Origin: the human T2T-CHM13v2.0 reference genome, Homo sapiens
Length of the DNA: 64,000 nucleotides
Reading direction: 5' to 3' (one strand)
NCBI RefSeq assembly: GCF_009914755.1
Contig: NC_060944.1
The position numbers and the translations under genes were made by a program. Below, in pieces: positions 30,574 through 43,320 of the stretch. How positions within the stretch are numbered: the first letter of the stretch is position 1; each line of letters begins with the position of its first letter. Under the pieces are notes generated by a model. The model did not search any database. It saw only the letters and a program-made list of their open reading frames with translations, and was not told where the DNA came from.

Positions 30574-33500
30574 TCAACTCCCACTTATGAGTGAGAACAT
30601 GTGGTGTTTGGTTTTCTGTTCTTGTGTTAGTTTGCTGAGAATGATGGTTTCCAGCTTCATCCATGTCCCTGCAAAGGACACAAACTTATCGTTTTTATGG
30701 CTGCATAGTATTCCATGGTGTATATGTGTCACATTTCCTTTATCCAGTCCAACACTGATGAGCATTTGTGTTGGTTCCAATTCTTTGCTATTGTGAATAG
30801 TGCTGCAATAAACATACGTGTGCATGTGTCTTTACAGTAGAATGATTTATAATCCTTTGGGTACATACCCAATAATGGGATTTCTGAGTAAAATGGTATT
30901 TCTAGTTCTAGATCCTTGAGGAATCACCACACTGTCTTCCACAATGGTTGAACAAATTTACACTCCCACCAACAGTGTAAAACTATTCCTATTTCTCCAT
31001 ATCCTCTCCAGCATCTGTTGTTTCCTGAATTTTTAATGATCGCCATTCTAACTGGTGTGAGATGGTATCTCATTGTGGTTTTGATTTGAATTTGTCTAAT
31101 AGCCAGTGATGATAAGCTTTTTTTCATATGTTTTTTGGCTGCATAAATGTCTTCTGTTGAAAAGTGTCTGTTCACATCCTTTGCCCACTTTTTGATGGGG
31201 TTGTTTGTTTTTTCTTGTAAATTTGTTAAAGTTCCTTGTAGATTCTGGATATTAGCCCTTTGTCAGATGGATAGATTGCAAAAATTTTCTCCCATTCTTT
31301 AGGTTGCCTGTTCACTCTGATGATAGTTTCTTTTCCTGTGCAGAAGCTCTTTAGTTTAATTAGATCTCATTTGTCAATTTTGGCTTTTGTTGCCATTGCT
31401 TTTGGTGTTTTAGTCATGAAGCCTTCACCCATGCCTATGTCCTGAATGGTACTGCCTAGGTTATCTTCTAGAGTTTTTATGGTTTCAGGTCTTACGTTTA
31501 AGTCTTTAATCCATCTTGAGTTAATGTTTGTATAAGGTGTAAGGAAGGGGTCCGGTTTCTGTTTTCTGCATATGGCAAGCCAGTTTTCCCAACATCACTT
31601 ATTAAATAGGGAAACCTTTCCCCATTGCTTATTTTTGCCAGGTTTGTCAAAGATATGATGGTTGTAGATCTGTGGCATTATTTCTGAGGCCTCTGTTCTG
31701 TTCCATTGGTCTATATATCTGTTTTGGTAACAGTATCATGCTGTTTTGGTTACTGTAGACTTGTAGCATAGTTTGAAGTCAGGTAGCATGATGCCTCCAG
31801 CTTTGTTCTTTTTGCTTAGGATTGTCTTGGCTATGTAGGCTCTTTTTTGGTTCCATATGAAATTTAAAGTAGTTTTTTTCTAATTCTGTGAAGAAGGTCA
31901 ATGGTAGCTTGATGGGAATAGCATTGAATCTAAAATTACCTTGGGCAGTATGGCCATTTTCACGATATTGATTCTTTCTATCAATGAGCATGGAATGTTT
32001 TTCCATTTATTTGTGTCCTGTCTTGTTTCCTTGAGCAGTGGTTTGTAGTTCTCCTTGAATAGGTCCTTCACATCCCTTGTAAGTTGTATTCCTAAGTATT
32101 TTCTTCCCTTTGTAGCAATTGTGAATGGGAGTTTGCCCATGATTTGGCTCTCTGTCTATTATTGGTATATAGGAATGCTTGCAATTTTTGCACATTGATT
32201 TTGTATCCTGAGACTTTGCCAAATTTGCTTATCAGCTTAAGGAGTTTTTGGGCTGAGATGATGGGGTTTTCTAAATATACAATAATATCATCTGCAAACA
32301 GAGACAATTTGACCTTCTCTCCTCCTATTTGAATACCCCTTATTTCTTTCTCTTGCCTGATTGCCCTGTCCAGAACTTCCAATACTATGTTGAATAGGAG
32401 TGGTGACAGAGGGCATCCTTGTCTTGTGTCTGTCTGTCTGTGGGTTTGTGTCTGTGTGTCTGTGGGTTTGTGTCTGTGTGTCTGTGTGTCTGTGTGTCTG
32501 TGGGTTTGTGTCTGTGTGTCTGTGAGTTTTCAAAAGGAATGCTTCCAGCTTTTGCCCATTCAGTATTATATTGGCTGTGGGTTTGTTATAAATAGGCCTT
32601 AATATTTTGAAATATGTTCCATCAATGCTTAGTTTATTGAGAGTTTTTAGCATGAAGGTGTGCTGAACTTTATTGAAGACCTTTTCTGCATCTATTGAGA
32701 TAATCATGTGGTTTTTGTCATTGGTGCTGTTTATGTGATGGATTACATTTATTGATTTGTGTATGTTGAACCAGACTTTCATCCCAGGGATGAGACCGAC
32801 TTGGTCGCGGTGGATAAGCTTTTTAATGTGCTGCTGGATTCGGTGTGCCAGTATTTGATTGAGGATTTTCACATTGAGGTTCCTCAGAGATATTGGCCTG
32901 AAATTTTCTTTTTATGTTGTGCTCTGCCAGGCTTTGATATCAGGATGATGCTGGTCTCATAAAATGAGTTAGGGAGGAGTCACTCTTTTTCTATTTTTTG
33001 GAAAGGTTTCAGAAGGAATGGCACCAGTTTCTTCTCTGGTAGTATTAGGCTGTGAATCTGTCTAGTCCTGGGCTTTTTTTGGTTGGTAAGCTATTAATTA
33101 CTGCCTCAATTTCAGATCTTGTTATTGGTCTATTCTGGGATTTGACTTCTTCCTCCTAGTTTATCTTGGGAGTGTGTATGTGTCCAGGAATTTATCCATT
33201 TCTTTTAGATTTTCTAGTTTACTTGTGTAGAGGTGTTTATAGTATTCGCTGATGGTAGATTGCGTTTCTGTGGGATCTGTGGTGATCTCCACTTTATCAT
33301 TTTCATTGTGTCTATTTGATTCTTCTCTCTTTTCTTCTTCATTAATCTGGCTAGCAGTCTATCTATTTGGTTCATCTTTTAAAAAAAAACAGCTCCTGGA
33401 TTTACTGATTTTTTGAAGGGTTTTTCGTGTCTCTATCTACTTCAGTTCTGCTCTGATCTTAGTTATTTCTTGTCTTCCGCTAGCTTTTGAATTTGTTGAC

Positions 33501-34473
33501 TCTTGCTTCTCTAGTTCTTTTAATTGTGACGTTAGGGTGTTGATTTTAGCTCTTTCCCGCTTTCTCCTGTGGGCATTTAGTGCTATAAATTTCCCTCTAA
33601 ACACTGCTTTAGCTGTGTCCCAGAGATTCTGGTACATGATGTTTTTCTTCTCATTGGTTTCAAAGAACTTATTTATTTCTGCCTTCATTTCCCTATTTAC
33701 CTAGTAGTCATTCAGGGGCAGGTTTTTCAGTTGTGTGATTTTCAGTGAGTTTTTTAATCCTGAGTTCTAATTTGATTGCACTGTGGTCTGAGAGACTCTT
33801 TGTTATGATTTCCATTCTTTTGCATTTGCTGAGGAGTGTTTTACTTCCAGTTACATGGTCGATTTTAGAATAAGTGCTATGTGGTGCTGAGAAGAATGTG
33901 TATTCTGTTGATTTGGGGTGGAGAGTTCTGTAGATGTCTATTAGGTCTGCTTGGTCTAGAGCTGAGTTCAAGTCCTGAATATCCTTCTTAATTTTCTGTC
34001 TTGTTATTCTGTCTAATATTGACAGTGGGGTGTTAAAGTCTCCCACTACTATTGTGTGGGAGTCTAAGTCTCTTTGTAGGTCTCTAAGAACTTGCTGTAT
34101 CAATCTGGGTGCTCCTGTATTGGGTGCATATATGTTTAGGATAGTTAGCTCTTCTTGTTGCATTGATCTGTTTATAATTATGCGATGCCCTTCTTTGTCT
34201 TTTTTGATCTTTGTTGGTTTAAAGTCTGTTTTGCCAGAGACTAGGATTGCAATCCCTGCTTTTTGTTTGCTTTCCATTTGCTTTGTAAATTTTCCTCCAT
34301 CTCTTTATTTTGAGCCTATGTGTGTCTTTGCACATGAGATGGGTCTCCTGAACACAGCACACCAATGGGTCTTGACTCTTTACTCAATTTGTCAGTCTGT
34401 GACTTTTAATTGGGGCATTTAGCCCATTTACATTTAAGGTTAATATTGTTATGTGTGAATTTGATCCCGTCAT
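30574..34473 (-). pseudogene. L1 ORF2 (endonuclease/reverse transcriptase), disrupted
   Basis: ATG (MTGSNSH) at 34473; EN fragment 33708-34277 (NIYAPN, GDFNTPLS, SDH); RT fragments 32092-32872 ([15 protein letters not shown]); C-terminus to 30574; several stops and frameshifts. Confidence 0.95.
32429..32524. repeat. compound TG-rich VNTR inserted in L1 ORF2
   Basis: Units tctgtgggtttgtg and tctgtgtg, not part of the L1 consensus. Confidence 0.9.
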
Positions 34474-34536
34474 TATGATGCTAGCTGCTTATTTTGCCCA
34501 TTAGTTGGTGAAGTTTCTTCATAGGGTCGATGGTCT

Positions 34537-35562
34537 TTACTTTTTGATTTGCTTTTGCAGTGGCCGGTACCGGTTTTTCCTTTCTATATTTAGTGCTTCC
34601 TTCAGGAGCTCCTGTAAGGCAGGCCTGGTATTGGCGAAATCCCTCAACATTTGCTTGTCTGTAAAGCATTTTATTTCTCCTTCACTTATGAAGCTCAGTT
34701 TGGCTGGATATGAAATTCTGGGTTGAAAATTCATTTCTTTAAGAATGTTTAATATTGACCCCCACTCTCTTCTGCCTTGTAGGGTTTCTGCAGAGAGATC
34801 TGCTGTTAGTCTGATGAGCTTCCCTTTGTGGGTAACCCTACTTTTCTCTCTGACTGCCCTTAACCGTTTTTCCTTCATTTCAACCTTGGTGAATCTACCA
34901 ATTATGTGTCTTGGGGTTGCTCTTCTCGAGGAGTATCTTTGTGGTGTTCTCTGTATTTCCTGAATTTGAATGTTGGCCTGTCTTGCTAGATTGGGGAAGT
35001 TCTCCTGTATAGTATCCTGAAGTGTATTTTCCAACTTGGTTCCATTCTCCCCGTCACTTTCAGGTACACCAATCAAACGTAGGTTTGGTCTTTTCACATA
35101 TTCCCATATTTCTTGGAGGCTTTGTTCCTTCTTTTTCATTCTTTTTTCTCTAATTTTGTCTTCATGCTTTATTTCATTAAGTTTATCTTCAATATCTGAT
35201 ATCCTTTCTTCCACTTGATCGAATTGGCTACTGATACTTGTGTATGCTTCACGAAGTTATCATGCTGTGTTTTTCAGTTCCATCAGGTCATCTATGTTCT
35301 TCTCTAAATTGGCTATTCTAGTTAGCAATTCCTCTAACCTTTTATCAAGGTTCTTCGCTACCTTGCATTTGGTTAGAATGTGGTCCTTTAGCTTGGAAGA
35401 GTTTGTTATTACTCACCTTCTGAATCCTACTTCTGTCAATTTGTCAAACTCATTCTCCATCCAGTTTTGTTCCTTTGCTGTTGAGGAGTTGTGATCCTTT
35501 GGAGGAGAAGACACATTCTGGTTTTTGGAATTTGTGGCCTTTTTGCACTGGTTTTTCCTCAT
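34537..35562 (-). pseudogene. L1 ORF1 (RNA-binding protein), disrupted
   Basis: MRKNQ start at 35562, premature stop at about 35413; C-terminal 225-aa ORF contains RPNLRLIGVPE, REWG and YPAKLSF. Confidence 0.95.
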
Positions 35563-36854
35563 CTTTGTGGATTTATCTACCTTTGGTCTTTGCTGTTGGT
35601 GACCTTTGGATGTGGTTTTTGCATGGTCATCCTTTTTGTTGATGTTGATGCTGTTAGTTTTCCTTCTAACAGTCAGGACCCTCTTCTGCAGGTCTGTTGG
35701 AGTTTGCTGGAGGTCCACTCCAGATCCTGTTTGCCTGGGTATCACCAGTGGAGGCTGCAGAACAGCAAAGATTGCTGCCTGCTCCTTCCTCTGGAAGCTT
35801 CTTCCCAGAGGGGTGCCCACCAGATGCCAGCCAGAGCTCTCCTGTATGAGGTGTCTGTCAACCCCTGCTGGGAGGTGTCTCCCAGTCAGGAGGCATGGGG
35901 GTCAGGGACCCACTTGAGGATGCAATCTGTCCCTTAGCAGAGCTCGAGTGCTGTGCTGGGAGGTTAGCTGTTCTCTTCAGAGCAGGCAGGCAGGAAAGTT
36001 TAAGTCTGCTGAAGCTGTGCCCAGAGCTGCCCCTTCTCCCAGGTGCTCTGTCCCAGGGAGATGGGAGACATACTGGGGCTGCCACCTTTCTTTCAGAGAT
36101 GCCCTGCTCAGAGAGGAGGAATCTAGAGAGGCAGTCTGACTACAATGGCTTTGCAGCGCTGTGGTGGGCTCTGCCCAGTCCAAACTTCCAGGCAGCTTTG
36201 TTTACACTGTGAGGGGAAAACTGCCTATTCAAACCTCAGTAATGGTAGATGCCCCACCCCCTACAAAACTCGAGCATCCCAGGTCGACTTCAGACTGCTG
36301 TTCTGGCAGAGAGAATTTCAAGCCAGTGGATCTTAGCTTGCTGGGCTCCGTGGGGATGGGATCCGCTGAGCAAGACTACTTGGCTCCCTGGCTTCAATCC
36401 CCTTTCCAGGGGAGTGAACGGTTCTGTCTTGCTGGCATTCCACGTGTCATTGGTGTACAAAATAAACTCCTGTGGGTAGCTCGGTGTCTGCCCAAATGGC
36501 TGCCCAGTTTTGTGCTTGAAACCTAAGGCCCTGGTGGTGTAGACACCTGAGGGAATCTCCTGGCCTGTGGGTTGTGAAGACCATGGGAAAAGCGTAATAT
36601 CTGGGCTGGAATGCACCATTCCTCAAGACACAGTCCCTCATGGCTTCCTTTGGCTAGGGGAGGGAGTTCCCTGACTCCTTGCACTTCTCAGGTGAAGCAA
36701 TGCTCTGCCCTGCTTCTGCTTGCCCTCCATGGGCTGCACCCATTGTCTAATCAGTCCCAGTGAGATGAGCCGGGTACCTCAGTTGGAAATGCAGAAATCA
36801 CCCACCTTCTGCATTGGTCTTGCTGGGAGCTGCAGACAGAAGCTGTTCCTTTTT

Positions 36855-36864
36855 GGCCATCTTG
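36855..36864 (-). promoter_or_regulatory. L1 5'UTR YY1 site (CAAGATGGCC)
   Basis: Intact motif about 10 nt from the L1 5' end. Confidence 0.8.
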
Positions 36865-37259
36865 CCTGGGAATCGTGATTTTAAAAGTAAGGCACATTAC
36901 AGTATTATAGCTTTAAGTTGATAGAGGATACGTTATTAATAATTTTTTTATTATTGACTTAACCATCAATATCTTCTTACTATTTAAGAAAATATTGAAT
37001 ACTCTTCAATATTACTGTGGTTGATTCAGGTTCTTCTTGAGGGTTCAGCGTGTAAAACTTGAAGCTGCTACAAGGCAAGGTGATGTCGATCCAGAGGTCA
37101 AGAGAGAATAAAAATTATTCTTCTGAGGACTTCTGGATAGCTCTGCTACTTTACACAGAGTCCCAGAAACTGTATCACTGAATTCCTCTGCCTTTACATA
37201 TCCTGTGATGTGTTTTTGCATACCTTCTCTTATCAGCCTTCCCCAAAGCACTATAAGCA

Positions 37260-37380
37260 TCATCTTTACCTTTAGGCTGAGGACAGAGGCCTAGAAGACA
37301 TTGAATGACCTGCCCAATGTCAATCAAGGAAGACGTAGAACTGACATTGAAACTTGGTCTTTAGATCCCAAATCCACAAT
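37260..37380 (-). mobile_element. MIR fragment
   Basis: tgaggacagaggcctaga...tgacctgcccaatgtca. Confidence 0.5.
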
Positions 37381-37820
37381 TATCCTCCTAGAACACAGCT
37401 CCATATAGTATGCCTGAATTGTCTCATTTGTTACAGCCTCTTGGCTTTGCCACTTGTTCAAATGGAAAAGTATTTGGCTGAATAATAACTCAGTAAAAGG
37501 TATGTGTAAGAAAACAAAAGAAAACATGTTTGTTTTAAGAAATCAATATGCCAGAGTTTGACAAAGGGCTAACTGAATGTTTCTCTTTGCTTATAAGGTA
37601 TTTGGGTTTGTCTTGAAATAAAATACAGGGATGACTTTAGCACAAAGGAATTTTTTTAAAATTTCAATTCATTGGCTAAACAAAGCATATTATTTTAATA
37701 GGAATAAAGTCCACATGAGTATTGCATACAGATAAATTTTTCACCAACAAACTGCATTCTCCCCATGCTTTAGTGACGTCTTGGACTAGGAATTAAATGA
37801 CATCCACAGAATATCATGGC

Positions 37821-37852
37821 AACAGTTAACACTGGGAACAGTTAACACTGGG
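37821..37852 (+). repeat. 16-bp tandem duplication (aacagttaacactggg)x2
   Basis: Read directly. Confidence 0.9.
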
Positions 37853-40058
37853 AAGCAAAACCAAACAAAACAATCAACAGCAACAGTCAATTAACCTATT
37901 GTTTGTTCCACATTATCTCAAACATTTATTCTGATTTTAAATATCTTAATTGCCTCCTTTATTTGATGGAGAAAGTACTCAGTTGTGGACCATTTGGAAT
38001 GCTGCATTGACTCTTTCAGGTTGGAGCAATTTAAGTTAAACTGACAAATACAGTCAGTCTCAATCTCTCTCTCCTTTCTTATACATGTACACATGCACAC
38101 ACACACCTATACACACTCAAGAACAAATATTGACATATGCAATGGGGCATGGTGAATACTTGATAAATAATTCTTGAAGAAGAAAGATCAATAAGATTGC
38201 TCTCTGTATTAGCCATTCTCACCATAGCCACCCAATGAGATGCTCATCGACCATGGGTCACCATGCTGATGAGGAAAAGCCTTTTATATAAGTGACAAAA
38301 CCCCAGGGCAGAGCCATTGTGGGGACGTTATAAGTGGATAGTAATCAGCCGGAGACCAGAGACATGTCTGACACTTGCTCTATATCATCCACACTATCTA
38401 GCGTAGTGCATAGCACCTAGAGGATGTCCAATTAGACTTTCTGACTGGCAGAGTGAGAGAACCAATGTCAACTACTTTCACTGTCTGATACTGGTGAAGT
38501 GGGAAGGGAGAAAGTTTGTGTAGTAAAGATGTATAGAGCAAATGGAAGCCAGGAAAAAAGTGAATATTTTCACTTTTACCTCTCCCTTCAATGTTTTTTC
38601 TTGTAGCATATATTAATAATTATGATAATCACTCTTTGTATTGGGATATAGTTTATTATGTAATTTATACCACTGTTATTATTTACCACTATTTTTGTAT
38701 TTCTTTGTGTATATTTATAGCACATTTATAAATAATACATGACATGTCCATTAGATACTTATGTGTAAAAGTTATACATATTCAACATTTAACTTCAAAG
38801 TCAGCATCCTGTAATATGAGAAATTTTACTAAATGTAATGCTCTAGTCCAGTGACAATAAAACTTATAACATGGAATTGATTCTCCCTCAAAGGCAACTT
38901 CCTTTGCCTTCCTAGCGGAAGTGAAAACTTTGACCTAATGAAATGGTAAAACAAACCCCCACTCACATTCAGTTGCCAACAAGAAGGTCCACAGCCTGAA
39001 CACAGGAACTGAGCACAGGAAATTCAATATTTGTCTTGCATTATAAGACTATTGGAGCCATAAAAATATTTTTTTTAATTTTTGATTATTTGAGATTCAA
39101 ACAATGTTTACCTACAAGATACCAGTCCATAGGACACTATATACTGGCAGAATGCCAGCCTGTACACATACAGCCTCTACTGTGTGTACAGATGGTGGCC
39201 ATTGGGCTTTGGCTTTTATAAACTGAATTAACAAACATTTAATGGAAACCAGGTTTAACAGATAGCTTGCCCAGATTGAGGAGGAAGTTTTTTTGTTGAT
39301 GATTTTTTTTTAAATTCCTTCCCACTGACAGCTGTTACAAAAGCAGACAAATATTAACTCTTCATCTTGTCTATTGACTCATAGCAACACAAATCTCTTG
39401 CATCTACTTAACTTTTTATTTTAAATTTAAATTTATTTATTAATTGTTTTTACAATTTTGGATTCTCCCAGCTATCCATTTGCTTCTTACTTCAAGCAAT
39501 GAGCTCTGATATGGTGGTCACGGGCATTGTGGCTGAGGTTCTTAGGAGGTGGGTGTATAGAATTGAATCCACGAGTATTGTTTTCTTGCCAGTGAACACT
39601 TTGAAAGACGCTGAGAATAAATTGTTAGGGCCACAAAATCTATATCCTCTTATCACATCTACTCTGTGGGCTAGACTTTTCCACAGTGGCTTGGGGAATC
39701 AAGGGGTCCTGCTCTGTTTTCACTTTCAAGTCCATCAAAGGCACAGAGCAGCCCCAGAATTTTAATGACTACATGAACACTGATAAGGTTCAATTTCTAT
39801 TCACTCACTCCCTATGGTGAAATTAATGGTCATATATACATATGAAATATGAAATCCTACTGTGCTTTATTAATATAACTTTATGGAAAAGTTTTTTTTG
39901 GAAAACATTAACTTATATGCCAAATTCAACAATACTTTTCATTATAAAATTAGTGTCTTTATTCTGAATACTTACAGCAATTCTCCTTGAAAAAATCTTC
40001 AAGAATATCACTCCTTGTTACTGATGGTTTGTGTATATCTTAAATCTCATGGTAGATT

Positions 40059-40231
40059 TAGGGTTGTCAGATAAAATAGAGGATAACCAGTTACAATTAA
40101 ATTTCAGATAAATAAGGATTTTTTTAGTGTAAGTGTACCCCTAGAAATACGCATGACAAAAATAGCCTTTGTGTATGAAATTCAGATTTAACTGGGCACC
40201 TTGTATTTTTATTTGCTTAATCTGGTAACTC
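40059..40231. mobile_element. MER53 palindromic hAT MITE
   Basis: Terminal inverted repeats tagggttgtcagat...atctggtaactc; internal inverted arms; 8-bp TSD (g/a)gtagatt at 40051-40058 and 40232-40239. Confidence 0.85.
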
Positions 40232-40624
40232 AGTAGATTGTAAATGTCTCCAGCCATCAGAGTTTAGGCTTTTCTTTGTCTGATACTTGCCCGGCTTGCA
40301 TGATGCCCTCTAATGATATAAAATCTTACTAGGAATAAAGATTTTTAAGTTTGGTTCAAAGCTCTTTACATTTACTTAATAGATAAGTATTCTTAGGCAC
40401 TATTTTAGAGAGTATGAGTCATATTTGATAATATTGAAATTGATTATGGGACACTTTTATAACTCATTTCATTGTTCTTCAGTCAAAAAAGGCAGTGGAT
40501 GTCAGAAAACGAGGAGCAAATCAGAAATCTGGAGACCTGAGAGAAGTGAGTGAGTTTTATCTCTGACTCAAACTATTCCTGGGTCCTTCTATTACCTGTG
40601 TCTGTGAATACATCAATGACCATC

Positions 40625-40960
40625 GTGGATTCATTGCACTAAGGACCCCAATTATTTTCCCCTTCCTGCATTCACAACTCTGACACATAAGGTGGTGGAG
40701 CCGATTTCCCTACCCCTTGATTCTGACTGTGGCCATGTGACTAGTTTTGGCCAATGAGATATTAGCATATGGGACACATGCAGAGGCTTGAAAACCAACT
40801 TCGCTTCTATGTTTCTGCTTTCAACTATGTGCTTCTGCCTTTGCTAGGAGAACATGCCAGGGCTGGCCTGTTGGAGGGCTGGGAGAGTGAGGTGGGGAGC
40901 AGCATTTAGGTTGTCTCTCACCCAAGACAGAAAATAATCAGATTGACAGATTTCACTTTT
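40625..40960 (+). mobile_element. MLT1 (G/H-like) solo LTR fragment
   Basis: ccccttgattctg..ggccatgtgactagttttggccaatgagat..agaggcttgaaaa..gagaacatgcc. Confidence 0.65.
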
Positions 40961-41524
40961 CTCCAAGACTCATTACTCATCTGTTGTGTGTAGATTTCGG
41001 CAGGGGTTCAAGAAAGCATATTGATGCATGTATGTTGCGGTCTTAATGCAAATCTGATCTAGCCTTAGAACTCTGAGCATACCAAGAACCTAAGGGTAAA
41101 TTTATTTTTCATACGCATTACCCCTTTGAAACTTGAAGAAAGACAAGGAGGAACATAGAATGAAAAGCAGATTAAAATGAAGGGTACGTGCTGAAGGCTG
41201 GTTGGTCCACACGGTAAGAGTTTTATGGGCATCTTAAGTGGGACATGTGAGGGTGTTTAGGTGTTCATTAGTGTGGTCATGAGATTGGCTGAAGTTGGAA
41301 ATGAATGCTGAATGGAACTTATTTCACCCAGCTGCATGTCCAAGTTTCTATGACTGTCTGACTTGTTATTTACAGCCATCAACAAACAGAGTAGGAAGAT
41401 ATGAACGTTTTTGTTTGCCATGCTTGACAGAATGTTGAATTAATATCTGAGCTCTACATGTTATCAACAGAACTTTTCGTTCTGATTTACTATTAAAATA
41501 TTTGATTTGTTTCCATTTCTCCAG

Positions 41525-41676
41525 ATCAGACCCAGCTGGATGTCTTATACCTCCTCTTCTTTGTCAGTAGACTCCTGAATTATTAAGTTCAATAAGAAAG
41601 GAAAGGGATGGAAAGGATTCGGAGTGTCTTATTTCAGGTGTAAACCTTTATGATGTCTTCGTATATTCCTGTACCG
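41525..41676 (+). other. candidate non-coding exon (152 nt)
   Basis: tttgtttccatttctccag| acceptor and CCG|GTAAGT donor; stop codons in all three frames. Confidence 0.4.
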
Positions 41677-42342
41677 GTAAGTAAACTGAAGTTTTACAGA
41701 AAGTTACAACCTGGGCTTAAATAAAACATGCAAAGTACTATAAACCCAAATTCTCATCAGACTTTGACAAGAGTTCAGAGTGTATATTCAGAAACCTGTG
41801 CAAATAATAACAATAACAACAATAAAATTCACATTACTAAGCAGCTCTAATCTAAATGTCAATATAACTCTAAATAATACAAGCAGATGAAAGCAGTGTG
41901 CATTTTCTTCAAAGTTTCTAACTTTGGAAGGAATTCCTAGATATAATAGGTATGTGGGAAAAAAATCATGTTGACAGCACAACAATTCATTCACTTCCTA
42001 ACATGACTAGTCATGTACTGTACTTTAGTGCAAACAATAAGGTTATTGTTCAGATGGGAAAACAAGCAATTTGTTGGAAGGCGAAAAGGTGAAAATGTTC
42101 TATAACCTGATTTTGTTTTGGCAGGCTGCATGTCATTTTTTAGTCTTAAAAGATGTATTTAATAGACACACGTTTAAAGATTTGGCCATTTGTGAAAGAA
42201 AGGATTCCTTCTAGTTTTCTTACTGCTTTTGTGCAGAATTGTTTTCTCCTTTTTATTTTTATATGTTTAGATCCAGAGGCCTGACATTCTGATCAAGGAT
42301 AGCAGGGTCCCAGATAACACTGTCTGTTCTGTTTCTCTCTAG

Positions 42343-42438
42343 CGTGCAAGCATTGGAGGTTTGTGGCTGGAAATCCTTCAAAGGTGACAATGTACAGAAG
42401 AGTTGATATGAATCAAGACTGGATGAATGAAGCCATTG
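42343..42438 (+). other. candidate exon (96 nt)
   Basis: ctgttctgtttctctctag| acceptor and TTG|GTAGGT donor. Confidence 0.35.
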
Positions 42439-42842
42439 GTAGGTACGGTTTATGCTCCAATCAGAGGATTTTGCCAGAGCAGCCTCATGGTTTGGGCCAC
42501 CTCCTTTCCTTATTTTGCATCACTTTCTTGGCTGACTATGGTCCAATAGGAAGTGGAGTAGGGAGGAGAGAAGAAAGAGCCAGGTACTTTGAGAGAAAGG
42601 ATAGAAGTTTGGAATGCCTTGTACTGTGTGTATTCCCACATTTCTGAGCTCTACAGAATTAAGGTGTTCTGTTTAAGTTAATGGTGTTTGGATATTTGCA
42701 AGGTGGCTTTGGGGTACTAATGATCTCCAAATAAATACCACTCATATAATGTTTAGAGTCTATTTTAACCATTTTCTTTTCTTAATTAAAAGGAAGACAC
42801 CTGAATTTAGTCTGAGGTTTTTCTGGAAGTTTCTAAACATAG

Positions 42843-43203
<361 letters not shown>

Positions 43204-43280
43204 TGTATTTTCTCTCCAAGCACAGAATGGCAGGCACCTAGCCCTTCCAGGCCACCTTTCCCGCCAAAAAAAATATTTAG

Positions 43281-43282
<2 letters not shown>

Positions 43283-43313
<31 letters not shown>

Positions 43314-43320
43314 CACACAC
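43283..43320. repeat. (AC)14 plus short extension
   Basis: Read directly. Confidence 0.95.

Larger units (their letters stand above)
30365..36874 (-). mobile_element. full-length inactivated L1PA7-like LINE-1 (about 6.5 kb)
   Basis: 5'UTR of L1PA7/8 type, ORF1, ORF2 and 3'UTR all present; TSD gtgatttt at 30357-30364 and 36875-36882, followed by aaaa (TTTT/AA endonuclease site). Confidence 0.97.

Noticed and set aside
32429-32524. CRISPR-like array or telomere-repeat insertion
   Set aside because: There are no unique spacers, no cas genes and no TTAGGG units; it is a simple TG-rich VNTR in eukaryotic DNA.
30574-35562. L1 ORF1/ORF2 as an active retrotransposon or domesticated RT system
   Set aside because: ORF1 has a premature stop and ORF2 has several frameshifts and an insertion; the CpG-decayed 5'UTR fits ordinary neutral decay.
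35413-36641. Dense overlapping ORFs of 60-148 aa
   Set aside because: They lie in the GC-richer L1 5'UTR, where stop codons are scarce; I could not confirm an intact ORF0.
40059-40231. miR-1302 gene
   Set aside because: The arm corresponding to the mature miRNA is deleted or diverged; called only as MER53.
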